A stretch of 60,324 nt of DNA, the filler included, from Sluysia triapertura (Eukaryota), in assembly GCA_046118255.1 (NCBI GenBank). It is 5 parts of 5 records of this genome, joined end to end, with 100 filler letters (N's around TTAATTAATTAA, not from the genome) between each part and the next. Parts side by side here need not be neighbours in the genome. Positions count along the whole stretch, not along the records: positions 26,521 to 37,830 come from JBJNIA010186145.1; positions 37,931 to 49,184 come from JBJNIA010186747.1; 3 more parts are not named here. One strand, given 5' to 3'. Shown here piece by piece: positions 26,901 through 41,800 of the stretch. Below the pieces are notes generated by a model. The model was not told the DNA's origin. It did no database searches and worked only from the letters and a program-made list of their open reading frames with translations. Positions within the stretch are counted from its first letter, which is position 1; each line of letters starts with the position of its first letter. A program made the translations under genes and the position numbers.

Positions 26901-27311
26901 TCACAAACCGAATATAATGCCATAAGTAGCCAATTGTATATTTCGAATCCATACATTTTTCGTGGTTCCTTTCAGTATTTTCTCGAAGAATATACCAGCA
27001 AAACCCGACAGAAAACTTGACACCACTACAGCACTAAAACCTAACATAGGGTACTGTATAGGTGTTTTATTTGGTAATTTAGCTAAATTTAGCAGTTTAT
27101 GCTTAGGTGCATGATGAAAAGGCTCATGCTGATTTTCTACTGATAATTGTGAAAGTTGTACTTTATTATGCTGATTCACATGTTCCAATTGAACAATAAC
27201 GATGCCGATAAATAGCATAAATAAACTGCACCACTGCACAGAACTTTGTAACTTTCCGAGCATTATACGGAAAAATAATGCTGTTGTAAGTAATTTTAAT
27301 TGATAGCAAAC
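26901..27311 (-). CDS. Internal exon of an SLC35A-family nucleotide-sugar (UDP-Gal/UDP-GlcNAc) transporter
   Basis: After an AG acceptor: VCYQLKLLTTALF..MLGK..QWCSLFMLFIGIVIVQ...GFSAVVVSSFLSGFAGIFFEKILKG...VWIRNIQL. Other exons not found in this contig. Confidence 0.9.
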   Translation of the reverse strand, partial: VCYQLKLLTTALFFRIMLGKLQSSVQWCSLFMLFIGIVIVQLEHVNQHNKVQLSQLSVENQHEPFHHAPKHKLLNLAKLPNKTPIQYPMLGFSAVVVSSFLSGFAGIFFEKILKGTTKNVWIRNIQLATYGIIFGL

Positions 27312-27363
27312 CTAAATTCCAAAAAAGGTTCATTAACTAACAAGTATAATATTAAATTAATGA

Positions 27364-27411
<48 letters not shown>
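27364..27411. repeat. (AAT)n microsatellite
   Basis: Perfect trinucleotide run. Confidence 0.95.
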
Positions 27412-27412
<1 letters not shown>

Positions 27413-27486
27413 TTTATATATTTATTTAATACTTAATATTCTTCAGACAAGAATCCCATGTAAAATCTGTGAGAGTTTCTATCCAT

Positions 27487-27772
27487 AAACCAACCACCAG
27501 GACAGAATATATTGAAACCATGATAAAAGTATGGCATCACGATGACGAGATCAAAGACTTGTGCCAGAAGTTCATCAGGAAATTATTGGATAACAAAAGA
27601 GGACTAACAAAGTACTGATACAACAGTTTGTACATATTTGATTTGTAGTAAACTGTGTTATCATTCTACGTGAATAAAATTTCTGTATGTTTTGGATCTC
27701 AGTATTTTTATCTATAATTTTTTTTGAAGAAAGTAGTTATTTTCCAACATTTTACATTTTCCGTGACAATGT
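27487..27772 (+). mobile_element. Tc1 transposase C-terminus and probable right end
   Basis: KPTTRTEYIETMIKVWHHDDEIKDLCQKF...NKRGLTKY* has the Tc1 ..KGGxTKY terminus. The right boundary is approximate. Confidence 0.75.
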
Positions 27773-29619
27773 TTTTATAAACTTTTGATTAGTTTCATAG
27801 TATCCTTGAAAATGTTGAATTTTATCATAAAATGGTTGTCTTTAGTTAGAAATCATCTCGATTAAATTAAATTAAAAAATTTTAAATTTCCAAAAATGAA
27901 ACAAATACAAATACAAACCAAGAAAGTAAATCAATATGAATGTATGTGTAAACTGTGACAAAACAAATACCCGAAAATTAATACAAATAATACAAAGAAT
28001 GAAAACAGTTAACTATGAAAAGAAATGGGTTCCATAACATAATTGTAAATGTTTTAAACTTGATTTTTACGTTGATTATTTGGAAAGATTCTACGAATTC
28101 GATTAATATATATTCCATATTGGTCATCTAGTGAAATCAGCATATTGGTTATCTGTCGCGAGATATGTTGATCAGTCTTTTACAGACATTTGTAAGTTTA
28201 TATTTATAAGTTCTGTTTCTGTTAGGAGACACAAAATTTACTTAAATTCTATCCATATAATCTCTAGTTTCCGCTAGAGACAATTTAATTAATAAACTTA
28301 ATCATTAACTTTAGAATTTGGAAAATTCTAATTATATATTATATTTATATATTATTATTTAGTTCTCTGGGAGATATTGATTTTTCATTATTACATTATA
28401 AACTTTATTATTATTAATAAATTTTTTGCTAGAATAATAGAATATAAAAGAAAGTTAAAGTAAAAAGTTTTATAAATTATTCCATAAAGTATTGATAATA
28501 AAAGAAAGAAATATAAAGAAAGTTTTTAAAAAGTTGATCTTTAATTAAAAGAGTATCGATAAAATTATTGTTATAAGATTAATAACCATTGATTTAAATT
28601 AAAGCTAATCATAATTTCAAGTGATATTGAATTATACGAATAACCCATAAATAGTAAAGTTAAATAATCCAAATGCAAGATTATTTAAGATATTCGATAT
28701 TTCTTGCAGACCTTCATTAAACATTGATAAAAACCTACGAGAACGTCGCGCCAAGCATAAACTGTTAGAAAAACTCAGCAGAATAAAATGAATGAAATTT
28801 AGAAATTCATTGGTCATAACGTAAATACAGTAAAAGCCAGTTAATTATACATCGTGTAAAGTCGTATCAAAATAATGGCTTTTATTATTAGTAACATCAA
28901 CTAAAACATAATTAGTCACCTTTGAAGTAGAAAAAATGCACATTTTGTCTGTAACATAAATATTCATTATTAAACATAAGATAAATGTAATTAATCATCC
29001 TGAAAATTTACGTAACGCACGCAATCAGTCTAGTATTAAAACATATTATATTAACTTGTAATAAAGTAGACACATGCAGACAAATTTAAAAAATGACTAA
29101 TTGTTCATTAATTATGTTGAGTTCAGCACTACTTGTGAAGATTCAACAGCCGATATAAATGGCTCATTTAAACTTCAGTTTTTGTTAATTACTTTGGCAG
29201 GTGGCATTTAATTAATTAATTGACGGGAAAGTATCAAACACAAAAGTGGGTAACATGTAATACAAAGATTACTTAACTTTGTTCGTGATTTTATTGTAAA
29301 TATGCACTTAAATTTTTGTATTATGTAAATAGAAATAAAAAAAGGGGTTTAAGAGCCATAATAAAAATAAGTGCTAGCTTAGGATTATGATCTAAGAGAC
29401 ATTTTATTACTTTAATAGTTTAATTTTAAATGTTTAGTACAGGGGTTGAGGATTCTTTCAACATCAGTACCCGATAGCCGAAATGACCAGGAATTTCTTT
29501 TAATTCTCATAGTCGTTCGTACATGATAATAATTGAGTAATTTCTATGTTTGCATTAGTAATTTGATATATTTTTTAAAAATTTTCACCTGCCACTTAAT
29601 TAAGATACATAAAATTCGT

Positions 29620-30142
29620 AACATGAAGAGATAAGCAATATCTCTCATTAACACAGAACTTGAATTTCGAATGATACTTATTTCGACTTTAATACATGCT
29701 TGAATTTCACCGCATATGACTTGGTTTCGTTTACTTTTAACGATTTCTTCACATCTTTTTGATCTTTAATATGTTGTAACAACACGTCAATATTGTCGAA
29801 AGAGTAATTCAACAATAGAACATTTTACTTTCGGTTTTGAGTATAACTTCTTCATTTCTTAAAATGAATTCATATAATATCAATTTTTTTCTAAGCAGCG
29901 TTGAATAACAGCTTTATTTTTGATCGATCAACATCAATGGTCATTTGTAATTCTCTAAACTGATCATTCTTAAATTGACAACATGGCAAACAACAAAATT
30001 GTTTGTAGGATTCTGTTATAACAGATATAATACAAGAACTTCGAGGATAAACAACGAATTCATCTATATCTACAATCAATGCTAATTTTAACGACATATC
30101 ATTTTTAGGTGGTGGGTCAAAACTTACAATTTTATTATACAA
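29620..30142 (-). pseudogene. Decayed intronless ORF of unknown origin
   Basis: 83-aa frame (FDPPPKND...DIDEFVVYPR...FCCLPCC) continuing in broken frames. No family recognised. Confidence 0.25.
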
Positions 30143-32569
30143 GTAAATATTAAATACTCGAAATCACACAATTTAAAGTCTCATTTCATTTCATATAATG
30201 CTATGTTCTTCTTAGTGTTATGTTGCTATTGTTATTATATTAAATCATATCATGTTATTATGAATAATGATGATCAAATAATTTAAATTTTATTAAAACT
30301 TTAATTCATAATATAAAAATAAAAGTACTTTACAAATTGATAATAGTTCTGAATCACACTAATTGAGTGTATGAATCATCTAGATCGATTAAGGTCAAAC
30401 CTAAAAGTTAGTATATAAAGAAACTAAAATAACATCTTCATTTAACCAAAAATTTATTTAACTATTTTTCGATTGTCTCACACCTATTTTATAAGTTTAC
30501 TTTTTCGACTTTTGCTGTACTACTCGTTGGTCAAATAATTCGTTTTCGACGATAATTTCAGATTTTGAAATTTATTACAACTTGCAAACTTAAAAATCGT
30601 TAGTTTTATTGTTTTTAAGTTATTCATGAATTTAAAAGTTGTGACGAAAAACTATGCTTAAAACTTTCTGTCAGAATATTTGAGGAGTTAGTAGAAATTG
30701 GAATTAAAAATTTTTTATTCTTGCAATAATGCGGATAAAATTCAGTATATTAAATTAAAATATATTAAATTATTGTGATAATCATTACTAATATTAAATC
30801 ATTATATATGTGCCAAATTTGTATTAATATAACTTAATAATAAGGTATTAATAACTTAATGAACCAATAACCGATTGATTAAACTTTTTATAAAATGATT
30901 TTAAAATGGATAAAGGATAAAAATTATAATAACTTATGTATTTACAACCTTTCGTTAAAATTGTAGTCAAATTTTATTCGGTGTATAATACCGAGTTCTA
31001 AAAATATCTGCTTCCTTAAGTTTTGTTTAAAAAGAACCTCAGTAAATTTAGAATTTTAACTAATCTCGCTATTACGCGGAAAGTGTATTAATAAAGATAA
31101 GGTCCAAATTTAATTAATCTCCACTCAGATGATTGCTAATTTAATTAATTCACACTTGTATCCCCAAGACCTTAGATAAATCTTATTATTTTTCAATCAA
31201 ATTCATGGGCTAATGAGGAGCAGAGCCAGACTTCGAATAATTTCCAAAAATCGTACGGACTAGCCGTAACTCTAGTCTAAGATCGTAGGCAAACTCCTTT
31301 TATAGTATTTATTAGTAGGTAATACTTCCAAGTAAGCCTATATTTTCATTAAATAAATACCAAACTAAACACCATCATCAGCATATCTTAAAACACTACT
31401 AATGTAAACCTTATTTACTAATTATAATGAGTCTAAACTTATTTTGTACAATCTATTTGTAATGCTTTTATTAATGACAATTTTCAAAACTTCACATTCA
31501 AGTTGTGACTTCAGGCAAACCAATAAAGTTTGAATTAGTTACAATAGTTGCCGATTCCAATTTCAGTGATAAAACACAATAGCTTTATAGCTTTTTAAAT
31601 TTTATATATCATAAAAATACTTTAAAAAATTTTGTTACACAATGAGTAAGACATTAGAATGGATACTAGTATGTGTGTGTTTGCGATATTAGTTTGTCAT
31701 TGGTATTTTTGCCTCAATTTCAGCAGTTATGGTTTTATAGAACATTTTTCATGTTAAATGATTATCCTATAGTTATAAGTGAATAAAGAGATAAAGCATT
31801 TTATGGGTATATTATTTTAATATAAGATAAGATAGACGGAAAACCATCCGTAGAACAAATAAAGGCATTCATGTAAAGCGGATTAGCCTTAAATATGACC
31901 ATATTTATAGCAACACTCAAGAATAGTTTCTGATATAACTCACAAGAAAACATAAAGATATAAAAACTAGTTCTAAATATCACGAATTGTTTAATATAAT
32001 TCGTTTTCAGGATGTGTTTGGATCTTGACATGACAAAATTCAGAGAATTTGTGGAGAATAAAAGCTTCTTCAAAATCAAGAATACTGTAAACATTTGCTT
32101 GTAAATTATAAGCTAGTTTAATTAAATACCTTACTGAAAAGATCATTTTTTAGTGGAATTTGATTAAATTTATCCCGAAGTTTAGTTTGCAATCGTTTAT
32201 TTCATTCATATCTGTTCAGATAGATTTTAGGTTCGATATTAGAGTGAATGTATTAAGGTTAGTTTATTCATTAACAAAATTTCAATGAATTATTTTAACA
32301 ATTGATTACATTATCAAAATATTAATGGACTATTTTAACTGATATTTTTATGGATTTTATAATAACGCAAATGAATATAAATAGAGCAAAAATTTACTAC
32401 ACGAAATGCTGTTAATTTAATTAAAAGTATTATATTAAGATCGTTTTAATAAAAAGATATACTGCTTATTATTATATTCAATAGGATGTTTATTTACTTT
32501 TAAATGGTAAAATTTTTATTTGATTTAAGAATAAATAAAGTAATATCATCGACTGTTTTATTTCTTATA

Positions 32570-33290
32570 GAAAATATGTTGATTCTGAAATATAACTTGT
32601 ATCACTTAGTAGTTGAATAGATATAATGGAATTTTCTCGATTACATGATATTTGTGCTGCATGCTTATGAGTAGTCTATATTGAATAGTTTTTAATGATT
32701 TAGTATTTTTAAGAAATAAAATTATGACTGATCAAGTGAAAGGATATTTGAATGGTCACTGTTATTCCAATTTTGCAGGTAATTCAAATATTTACATTTA
32801 AGTTTTCTCGAAGCCATCTCAGGAGCAACACGCAAAAAATTATCATCATATAAAATGTTTTTATTAGTCGGATATTTTGTCATAAAAATTTTTCTTGTAG
32901 GTTTCGGGAAATTTATTTTAGTATATACACAACTTTAGTATAATTTTGGTACAATTTTACTGAGATTCTAGTTTGACAATAATTTCGATTTTGCTCTACA
33001 ACAATTTTCAGCACAAATCTTGAAAGATAAAAGCCATTTTTTTGTTTTCATCAATCACTGTATATATTATCTACGATAATTAATTTTATAAAAACTTCCA
33101 TTCATTTAGGTAAAATTCAAAATAGAGGTAAACTTCTGTCAAATAAACCACTGCGTTACCACAATCTCAAATTCTATTCTAAGATTTATTTATTTAATAT
33201 TAGAGTCACCATCTCCAATATTTCAACGTTTTAATTTCGAATTGTTACCTTTTCGATCATACGAATTTGATATTATCGATAACATATTCA
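32570..33290 (+). pseudogene. Unidentified micro-intron gene or gene remnant
   Basis: Blocks such as DIMEFSRLHDICAACL and NKIMTDQVKGYLNGHCYSNFA are bounded by AG/GT sites. No clean model. Confidence 0.25.
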
Positions 33291-33573
33291 TATAATTTAT
33301 TTTGATATTTGTTACATGCTTTAGTTAATACATCTTAGTGGCTTTCTTGTAATATCAAGCTTGTCCTCGAGTGTACGTCGTAGATTGTAAACGGACCCGC
33401 AAGAATCTAAATTATTTTGCTTAGGTAGGAAACAAAAAAAACCGAGCAGGAAGTTTACTTAAATTAGATTGTTTCACATCCAAACAAAATCTTAGGGATC
33501 AGCTACAAACTGTCGGTGTTACGAATGATGCAGTCTTCGGACCATTTTCTGTTTAGGCTCACTCAATACATTT

Positions 33574-33600
33574 TCCATAGGCAGAAGAGTCAGTGAAAAG
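33574..33600 (-). mobile_element. Possible Ty3/gypsy RNase H motif remnant
   Basis: LFTDSSAYG resembles the TDASxYG motif. Very short. Confidence 0.25.
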
Positions 33601-34710
33601 TTATGTTTATTTATAAAATAAATTTGTTTTGTAAATAAAATGTTATTTACAATATTTGCGGACAAAATGTGTATTACCAATGAAATTTAAATTGGCAATT
33701 GTTGCAACCAATTGGTTTACAGTTTGAGTCATCATTATAATAATAATCTGCAAATAACAGTAACCTAGAAACCTAACAATAGTAATATTGTGAAATAAAG
33801 TTAACAATTGTGGTACATGTCGAAAAATGATAACGACGGAAATTATGTTAATATAAATTGTGATAGTATTATGTATAGTAGCAATGCACGGATAAGTATT
33901 GGGTAAAAATTATGATAATAATAATAATAATTTAATGTAAATTGCGGATAAACATTACAGTAGACAGAATGAAATTAGGCATTAAGACAAAATTAGACAG
34001 AAAATTGAAATTAATATAAATTACATGCAAATAAACTAGCTGTAATTTGGTACTAGCAAAAAACCACTATATAAGGAAATACTTTTTCATTACGTATAAC
34101 AACTAATAATTAAACAAATGGATACATAAGGTAACTAGATAACTTGCATTATTTTACAGTGCAACACATTTAACTTCAAAAAATAAGTACATTTTATATT
34201 TTGCTATCATTTTATTCTCATTTGTTTAATATACTTTGGTTATATTTGTGTGTTTTTAATTTTTGAGACTTAGAAGAATTTAAATTTCGATTAAGCATGT
34301 CAATCCCTTGCATGAACAACGGGTAGAACTCCGATTTTCAGATAAAAACTATTAATTTTGAAAGGTATTGAACTAAATCGAAATAATCTTAGATAAATTC
34401 GAAGAATAACTAAAATTTATTAATTATAAAATTGTTTTAAAGTTAATAATTAAAATTTTATTCGTTAATAAATACTTTTTATATTACTATATAAAGTATC
34501 AAGAGAATTAAAAATAAATTGAATTAAAAGTAAAAGTTCTACTACAAATAATTTGAAAAGAAATAAGAGTCATTACACCTGTGTTTTAGAAGTTTAAATT
34601 AAGAATAGATAAATAGTTTAAGGTTTTTATAAAACATAAATTTATTGTTCATTCATTGATAACAATGATTTATTGTACTCAATTTCATATAGAAAAAATT
34701 ACAATTAATA

Positions 34711-35080
34711 ATTAATCAAGCAGCAAGACTAATTCTCCAAGATGGAAGATCTCATGTAACGCCTTACCATAAGGAATTACATTGGTTACCAATAAAAGCA
34801 ATAATAGAATTCAAAATCATGACAATAATTTACAAAAAAACTTGGAAACCAAAATGAATATTTCATTGAGGCATGATAATCTATAGAGAATCCACAGTGA
34901 TAATAAGTATAAGTTGTATACAATTTATGTTTCAAAAATATACAACCAGAGAATGTCAAATTAGTGGAAGATTATGAAATATTTAAGTAAAAGGCAAAGT
35001 TCTTTCTGTTTCAAAAAAATAGTAAATGATTTATTTTAAGCGCTTACACAGTACATTTGATCGCAATATAAATTAATATA
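34711..35080 (+). mobile_element. L2-like LINE 3' end
   Basis: INQAARLIL...HVTPYHKELHWLPIKAIIEFKI..IYK, then FK*KAKFFLF, then an AAGCGCTTACACAGT...TATAAAT tail typical of L2 3' ends. Confidence 0.85.
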
Positions 35081-36195
35081 TTATTTATTAATATATTTCT
35101 TTGTTTTTAATTCCTTTTATGCTAATTTATTTATAACTTAAAATTGATCGACTATTAAAATATAATTTGAGAAGCAAATAAAGACATTTTCTGATTTCTA
35201 TTTTCATAAAACTATATTAATGGAAAAAATTCTTTCACAAGAAATATTTTATTGTATTTTTATTGAGATAAAATGTTGTGTTTCTAGTTTATTTTCAAAA
35301 GTAATATCAACAATCTTACATAAAATAATATATCTTAGTAATTTTACAATAAATTTAAAAGAAACATTCTAAAAGTTCTGAAATCTATAATTTAACAAAA
35401 GAATATCACAAATCTTAATTAGCAGGTAAGGTTCATAGTAACGGTGATATGTGAAAATGTTTGCTCACAGGTCTCCTAAAATGCCTAATGTTTCATGTTG
35501 GGCTGTACCCAATGGGTCTTAGGTTTATAATGAGTTGGTGATATTAATTTAATGTTATTGTAAATTTAAGACTTGGAAAGTATTTTACACACAGCTACAC
35601 TACAAAAATTATTCATTGTTTAAGTTGATTTTAAGCTTTCGTAAGCAAGAGAAAGCTTATAAAGTAAACTTACGAATTATGCAGAAATCAAAAATATATT
35701 CTTATGTCGATTGAAATCTAGTCATGTCTAAATAAGATAAGTCGATTATTTACATTGCTATCTTATCCCGACTGTTGTCGTAAGTCACAATACTTTATTA
35801 AAGTTATTAATCCAAAACTATTCGTTCAACTCTTACGCGAATAAATTCGTTTTTCTTACTCAAAATTTCAAATATCAAGGAAGTAGTATTAGAATAGTGA
35901 TAAAAAGCACCATCAGCTTAAAATTAAAAGTAAGAATTATTTATAGAGTATAGTAATGATGAATATTATTATTATTTTTAAACAAAATATGAATATTGTA
36001 ACAAAGATTTTTTTGAAATAATCTTAAATTGTTTTTGTATTTTAATACAATTTTTATTGAATACAAAATAATACAAACTTGAGAAATAAAAATGAACAAA
36101 TGATATATTAAATCTACTAATTAAAATGATGTATTTTAATACCAAAAGGATGTATATAGAGCTTCAAGAACTAATTTTAAAACACATAAAATGAA

Positions 36196-37235
36196 CTAGA
36201 AAACTTTTAGTAAAATATTTCTTACTATTGTTATCAAAAAGGTTGTTCGAACAACATGTAACATCATCTTTACTTTAATTAATTGGAAGAATCTTAACCA
36301 GAAATTTCGCCAAACATATTCAAGGTTTGCCATATTAGACATTACTTGGCATTGATGCACTCTTACTATTGCCACCACTTATAATTATACTTTCGAGAAA
36401 AACAGAATGATACTTCATGTTCGGACATATAACGAACTAATTTCCAATAATCATTATGCATACGTATACGTGAATTCTTATAATAAATTCATATAACGGT
36501 TCTCTATTGATACATCATTTAATTAAATCATTACTAAAAATTGTGTTATTAAGAAGTGTTGCTAATTTAAGTCACATAAATCATATCATACCATATATTT
36601 GTTATAACAAAATCGAATACTTAACGAATAAATTTACTACGCAATTCTCAGTGTCTTTGATAAATGCCAATTCTTTAACATTGTGTTATATTCGGTAATA
36701 AATGCATCATTTTGTTGTAATAAATAATAAAGTCTCACATCTTTTTTTCATCGATATCCTTATGCATCTATGGCCATTAATCGACGCACTATTTTTCTTT
36801 TCAAGCAAATTAACTCGATATATTTTTACACCAATTTATGAAATTTTCGAATTCCTTGTCCTAATGTTCTTCTACTTGTTCTAAATCATCGAAACCAATT
36901 CCACAAAATACACAAATAATTTGAGGTTCTTGAATGGAAATGTTTCAAAACTGATTTATTTGCTTTGTTATATTTTGGTTAGCATTATTCAGCGGTTAGG
37001 AAGAAATTTAATAAATTGCAAACTATGTTCATGATGCCATCAATTTGTAATCGGTAATGGTAAATAATGAGATAAAGTTAAGAGACGAACGACATATTAT
37101 CTGAAATATCATCCTGTGGTGGAAATGAATCAACTTTCTTTGCAATTTATTTTCTAGATGTTTTAGTTTTAGTCGTTTTTGTTGCTTCAGCGATTTTTTT
37201 GACGTATTTGAATTTGTTTCGAATATGTTTCATTT
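36196..37235 (-). pseudogene. Heavily decayed ORF with a zinc-finger-like motif
   Basis: ICVFCGIGFDDLEQVEEH* at about 36864-36917 (CxxC-x3-F-x8-H), surrounded by stop-riddled frames. Confidence 0.3.
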
Positions 37236-37703
37236 ATCTATTCGGTTTTTTCTTCAAAATATGAATCAATTATGAATCATTTATAAATATTTATTTGCTC
37301 TTTCTAGATTTTTCTATATGAACACTTTACTTAGTTTTCTTAATTAAAATCTTTTGAAACTTTTGTTGCTACAACTTGATAAAGAATTTTGTAATTGTTT
37401 ACGACAGTTTGAAGATGAGCAATATGAATTTGGTGGTAAATTAATGCCAGATTTAGTACAATATTTCCTGATGTAACTAAAACTTGAAATGGTGTTGTAG
37501 ATTGAGTATAAAATAAAAAAATGTAAACGTTGAGAAAAGGTAAGAGTGTTTGAAGAATTAAAATGCTAGTTAGAAGGAAAAGAAATAAAAAAATTATATA
37601 AAATAGAAGATTAAGGAAATTTTAAGGAAGTTGATGTAGAAATTTTATTGTTGTGAAACTTTTTATTTATAAATGTTACATTTTAATTTTTATTTTGATT
37701 TTA

Positions 37704-37720
37704 ATTAACCCCTTAACGTT
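37704..37720 (+). mobile_element. piggyBac-like terminus
   Basis: TTAA-CCCCTTAACG. Confidence 0.35.
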
Positions 37721-37830
37721 CAATTTTTTTTCAAAAAAACTCATTTTTTATTGCCGCATTATTTACTAAACTATATTTTAGTGTAAGCGTCTTATAACTA
37801 GTAGTTGGCACCTCTGTAACTAACGCAAGT

Positions 37831-37930
37831 NNNNNNNNNNNNNNNNNNNNNNNNNNNNNNNNNNNNNNNNNNNNTTAATTAATTAANNNNNNNNNNNNNN
37901 NNNNNNNNNNNNNNNNNNNNNNNNNNNNNN
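37831..37930. other. Artificial contig spacer
   Basis: 44 N + TTAATTAATTAA + 44 N. Confidence 0.97.
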
Positions 37931-38113
37931 TTTCATTACAAATATTCATATTCCAGTATCGAAATCAGGTTTTTGAGTTGTTATAGATTTTAATTAATTT
38001 ATAATACTGTCTATCGGATCACATTCGCATCCCATTTAATAGCAATGTTCTCTAATGACATCAATGCAGATCCTATAAATTCATTACCCACCACATTATA
38101 TTAAATATATTCT

Positions 38114-38150
38114 TTAACCCTTTACATGGCGATAGTGACGGGTCAATGCA
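38114..38150 (+). mobile_element. piggyBac-like terminus
   Basis: TTAA-CCCTTTACATGGCG followed by a GC-richer subterminal tract. Confidence 0.45.
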
Positions 38151-39149
38151 AATAAAAATACGAAATGTTGACTACCTTTGATATAACAAATTACATAAAC
38201 GTTTCAATGTTCATCCATTTTTCAATATTTAAAACATTTTTCAAAGTCTAAATTTCATAACATGCATCCGCTTTTTTCTATATTAAATTTATTTAAAATA
38301 AAATTATTTTAAACTAAAATTAAAATCATTACCATTAAGTTTATAATGCTTTGTATCAATTTAAAATGAGATTTAATAGAATTGGTATAAATTCAAAATT
38401 TTAATAACTAGCTTTAATTAAAATTAAACAAATTGTTATTTTAAAATGAGATTCTATAAAGACAATATATCATTAAATTTTAAGAACATGAAGATCATTC
38501 TAATATAAGAGTAAAAAGTATATTAAATTGAGCTTTAATAAAATCAGCATATAATTACAATTAATATAATATGATTGATTAAATCAACTTAATTTAAGTT
38601 TGGGCAGAACAGAAAGATTCATGTAATATCAAAACTATTTCAAAATTAAAAGTATATTAATCACGAAAAACCATATTAAAAATGAGATTGAATATAAATT
38701 ATATGTAATCAAAATTTAATAAAACATGAATATTTTGCTGAAGACAATATTTATCATTATTAAAAAAATTTATTACTGACAAAACTTAATCTATTCTACT
38801 ACAATTATTATTAACAAATTTATTACTATTACTATTATTTAGTATCACTACTACTAACAAACATTATCAACAAAAATTTATGTTACATTACTATCATTAT
38901 TAAAAAAATTTCTTAATAACGAATCTTTAACTACTACACATTTACTATTATTCAGTTATTATTACATTATGAAATTACATAAAACTATTACTATTATTTA
39001 TTATCACTGGCAAAACTATTATTATTTATTAAATTTATTATTATGAAAATTATTATCTGTATTAAGTAACATTACTATTTGTAAAATTTAAATACTATTA
39101 CTATAAATAATTAGTATTATCTATATTAAATAAAATTATTATTTGACTA

Positions 39150-39510
39150 GAAAAGATTGCTGAGAAGTTAAATCAAATATTGAAATGACAAACTGTTATT
39201 GGATTCTAAATTTTGAAGACTTCGTCCAGTATTAATTATATTTAGAAGCTTAAGATACAAAAGGCAATCAATGAAAAGAGTTTTGATTTCAAGAATATAA
39301 TTTATAATGCTCCTGATTCGATTATATAAGTGATATTTATTGGACTTCCAGCCTAATATATTAAAATATTTTTCTAATTCATTTATAATTGAAAATATTT
39401 TCTTTACTATTATTGTTGCCTTTTTTTATAAAATACTTACAATAAATACGAATTTATTTATAATTGAAGGATATTTTCGTTCATTATTACGGTCATATTT
39501 TATATAAAGC
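39150..39510 (+). mobile_element. Highly degenerate pogo/CENP-B-like transposase remnant
   Basis: KIAEKLNQ..YWILNF and IQKAINEKSFDFKNIIYNAPD resemble the CENP-B HTH and IYNADE motifs. Confidence 0.3.
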
Positions 39511-40083
39511 GTTTCATTAATATATCTTTTGAATTTATCTTCGTTATTGGAAATAGTGCCCCGAAGAAAAGATCATCACAATTAAAAACATTCATTTTAA
39601 TAAAATAGAATTGGAGTTAAAATTAAACTACAGATTACATTATAATTGACGATAATATTTATTTGAATAAAGTTGAATCTGAGTAATTAACATAAAATTC
39701 CATCTAAAATTAAAATAAAAACCTATAGCCGATCATCGGAACGAGTATCCGAGTATCCAAAACATAAATTTATTATTCATAAAGTGAGACGATAAAGAGT
39801 CTATAATATAAAATAATCATTAAGACTTGAAACTATTGCTAACGAGTAATAATTTATATAATCGAAGAAGTTTAAACTATTGTTGAATAGTGAGAATGCA
39901 TATTGTTAAATAATTTGATTAAGTTTATATCAAAAGTTAATTGTTGATATTCAACGTAAGATCATATAAAATGCGTCAGTATATACAAATTCGTACAAGA
40001 AAGTATCCGGAATTAAATTAAGTTTCGTAGAGAACCATTACAAAGTTAGAATATTTAAATATGAGAAATTTTAGATCTAACAT

Positions 40084-40563
40084 TGGTGCCCAGAGTGATA
40101 CTTGACACACATATTTAAGTTATAAAATATAAAGTTTTAATAAGAGTACTAAAAGTTTTAACGTGAAGTTTTATATTTTGAAATGTTTGTACACAAGGTG
40201 AATCTCAAAAGTCATATAGATTAAAGTACAGATAAGGAAAATAAATCTATATTTGAGAACAAAAAACGAAAGAAACCAAAAAACAAAGATAAAAATAACC
40301 AGTGATAAGTAAAGAGAATAGAGAATAAACCCATAGAAACCACACATAAGAAGAAAGTGGCTAATGATAATATTACCAGAGAACAAGTTGCAGAACTTAT
40401 AAACTCAATGAACAGACCCTTATTAAACCAGAATTTGAAAATAGAGAAATTTTCAGGAAATGAAAGTAAATTATTAGATTTTTTGGCTGAATATAATGAA
40501 GAAGCAGAAATTTTAGGTTGGATCACGAGAAATATGTTTAAAATTTGCATCATGTTTAACTGA
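40084..40563 (+). mobile_element. LTR retrotransposon PBS and gag N-terminus (Ty3/gypsy-like), truncated
   Basis: AACA-T-TGGTGCCCAG (LTR end plus PBS-like site), then ORF 40357-40563 with LKIEKFSGNESKLLDFLAEYNEEAEILGW, a gag N-terminal pattern. Confidence 0.7.
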
Positions 40564-41800
40564 AATGCTTCTTAAATACAGTTAAATGCAGAAAGTGACT
40601 GTAACATACATAAATACAAATCTGATGTTAAATATATCCTGGCTACTAAATGCGCAAATACTATAGCATGTGCGTGACGTAAAAATTGTTAAACCTTTAG
40701 CAGGCAACATCTATATTATACCGACATGTTTTATTATTGTTATTATATACTATTAGATATATGTTCCATTGACGTTAATTATTTTATTTATCTTTATTTT
40801 ATTTTCGTTTAATTTCGAGACTATGCAGTTACAAAAAAAGCGTTATTGAAACAGGGAATTGAATTAAAAAATAAAATAAAATAATATTCCACGCCTTTCG
40901 AAAGGAGTAGAATATTTTAAGAATATTTTTAAAATATTTGAAGAAAAATTAAATCATTAACTCAAATGAATTCAAATATTTTCACACCGAAATTTGAAAA
41001 AGTTAATGATGATTAAGTATTGTCAGAAATACCCTTTAATTGAAAATTATCGATATTTCATTACATAATCTACAATTTTCGTCAGATGAAAAAGTAGCAG
41101 TAGTAATCCGTGTAATCCTTTACTTTTAAACAATTATATAGATTGATTAAAAAGAAACACTTACAATTGAATTGTCAAACTTTTTAGACGAAAATAAACT
41201 GCTAATAATTTATCATAACAGCTAACTTAAAAAAACAAATTTATTTTATCCATAATAAATGTGTTTTAACTGTGTTGTTAGATATGTCTATTGATTTTGA
41301 TTTTTAAAGAATGTAACTCACATTTAAATCAATAAAATAGTTCGAATTTTATTAAGTAATCTGAATTCAAATGAAACGTAAAGAACTTGTTGAGATCTCC
41401 ATGGATCAGTAATTCGTCTATGTTAATGTGTAACTACTTAAAGAATTTAAAATATAGAAAATAGTAATGAAAGATCAGAAAGGTTAATAAAAAGTTAATA
41501 TATGGTATAATAAATTTAAGTGTAAAATTAGTCAATATATTAAGTTTCACAAATAAAACTACCCTTTCAAATATTACAAAATTCAATAATAAATGTTATT
41601 AAAATAAATAAAATTTTTAATTTCAAAACGTATATTAAACAGTTAAAATACAGAACACATTATTAAATGATTAATGCTGTAAAAAAAGTGCTTAAAAATG
41701 GAAAAATATCTTAAATAATTCACATTATTCATTACACCATAGAGAATTAAAAAAAAATTTCAATAAAAATTTGTTTGAGAACAAAAAATTTATTGATTAA

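Noticed and set aside
38030-38100. C2-domain-like peptide NVVGNEFIGSALMSLENI on the minus strand
   Set aside because: Too short and without supporting exons.
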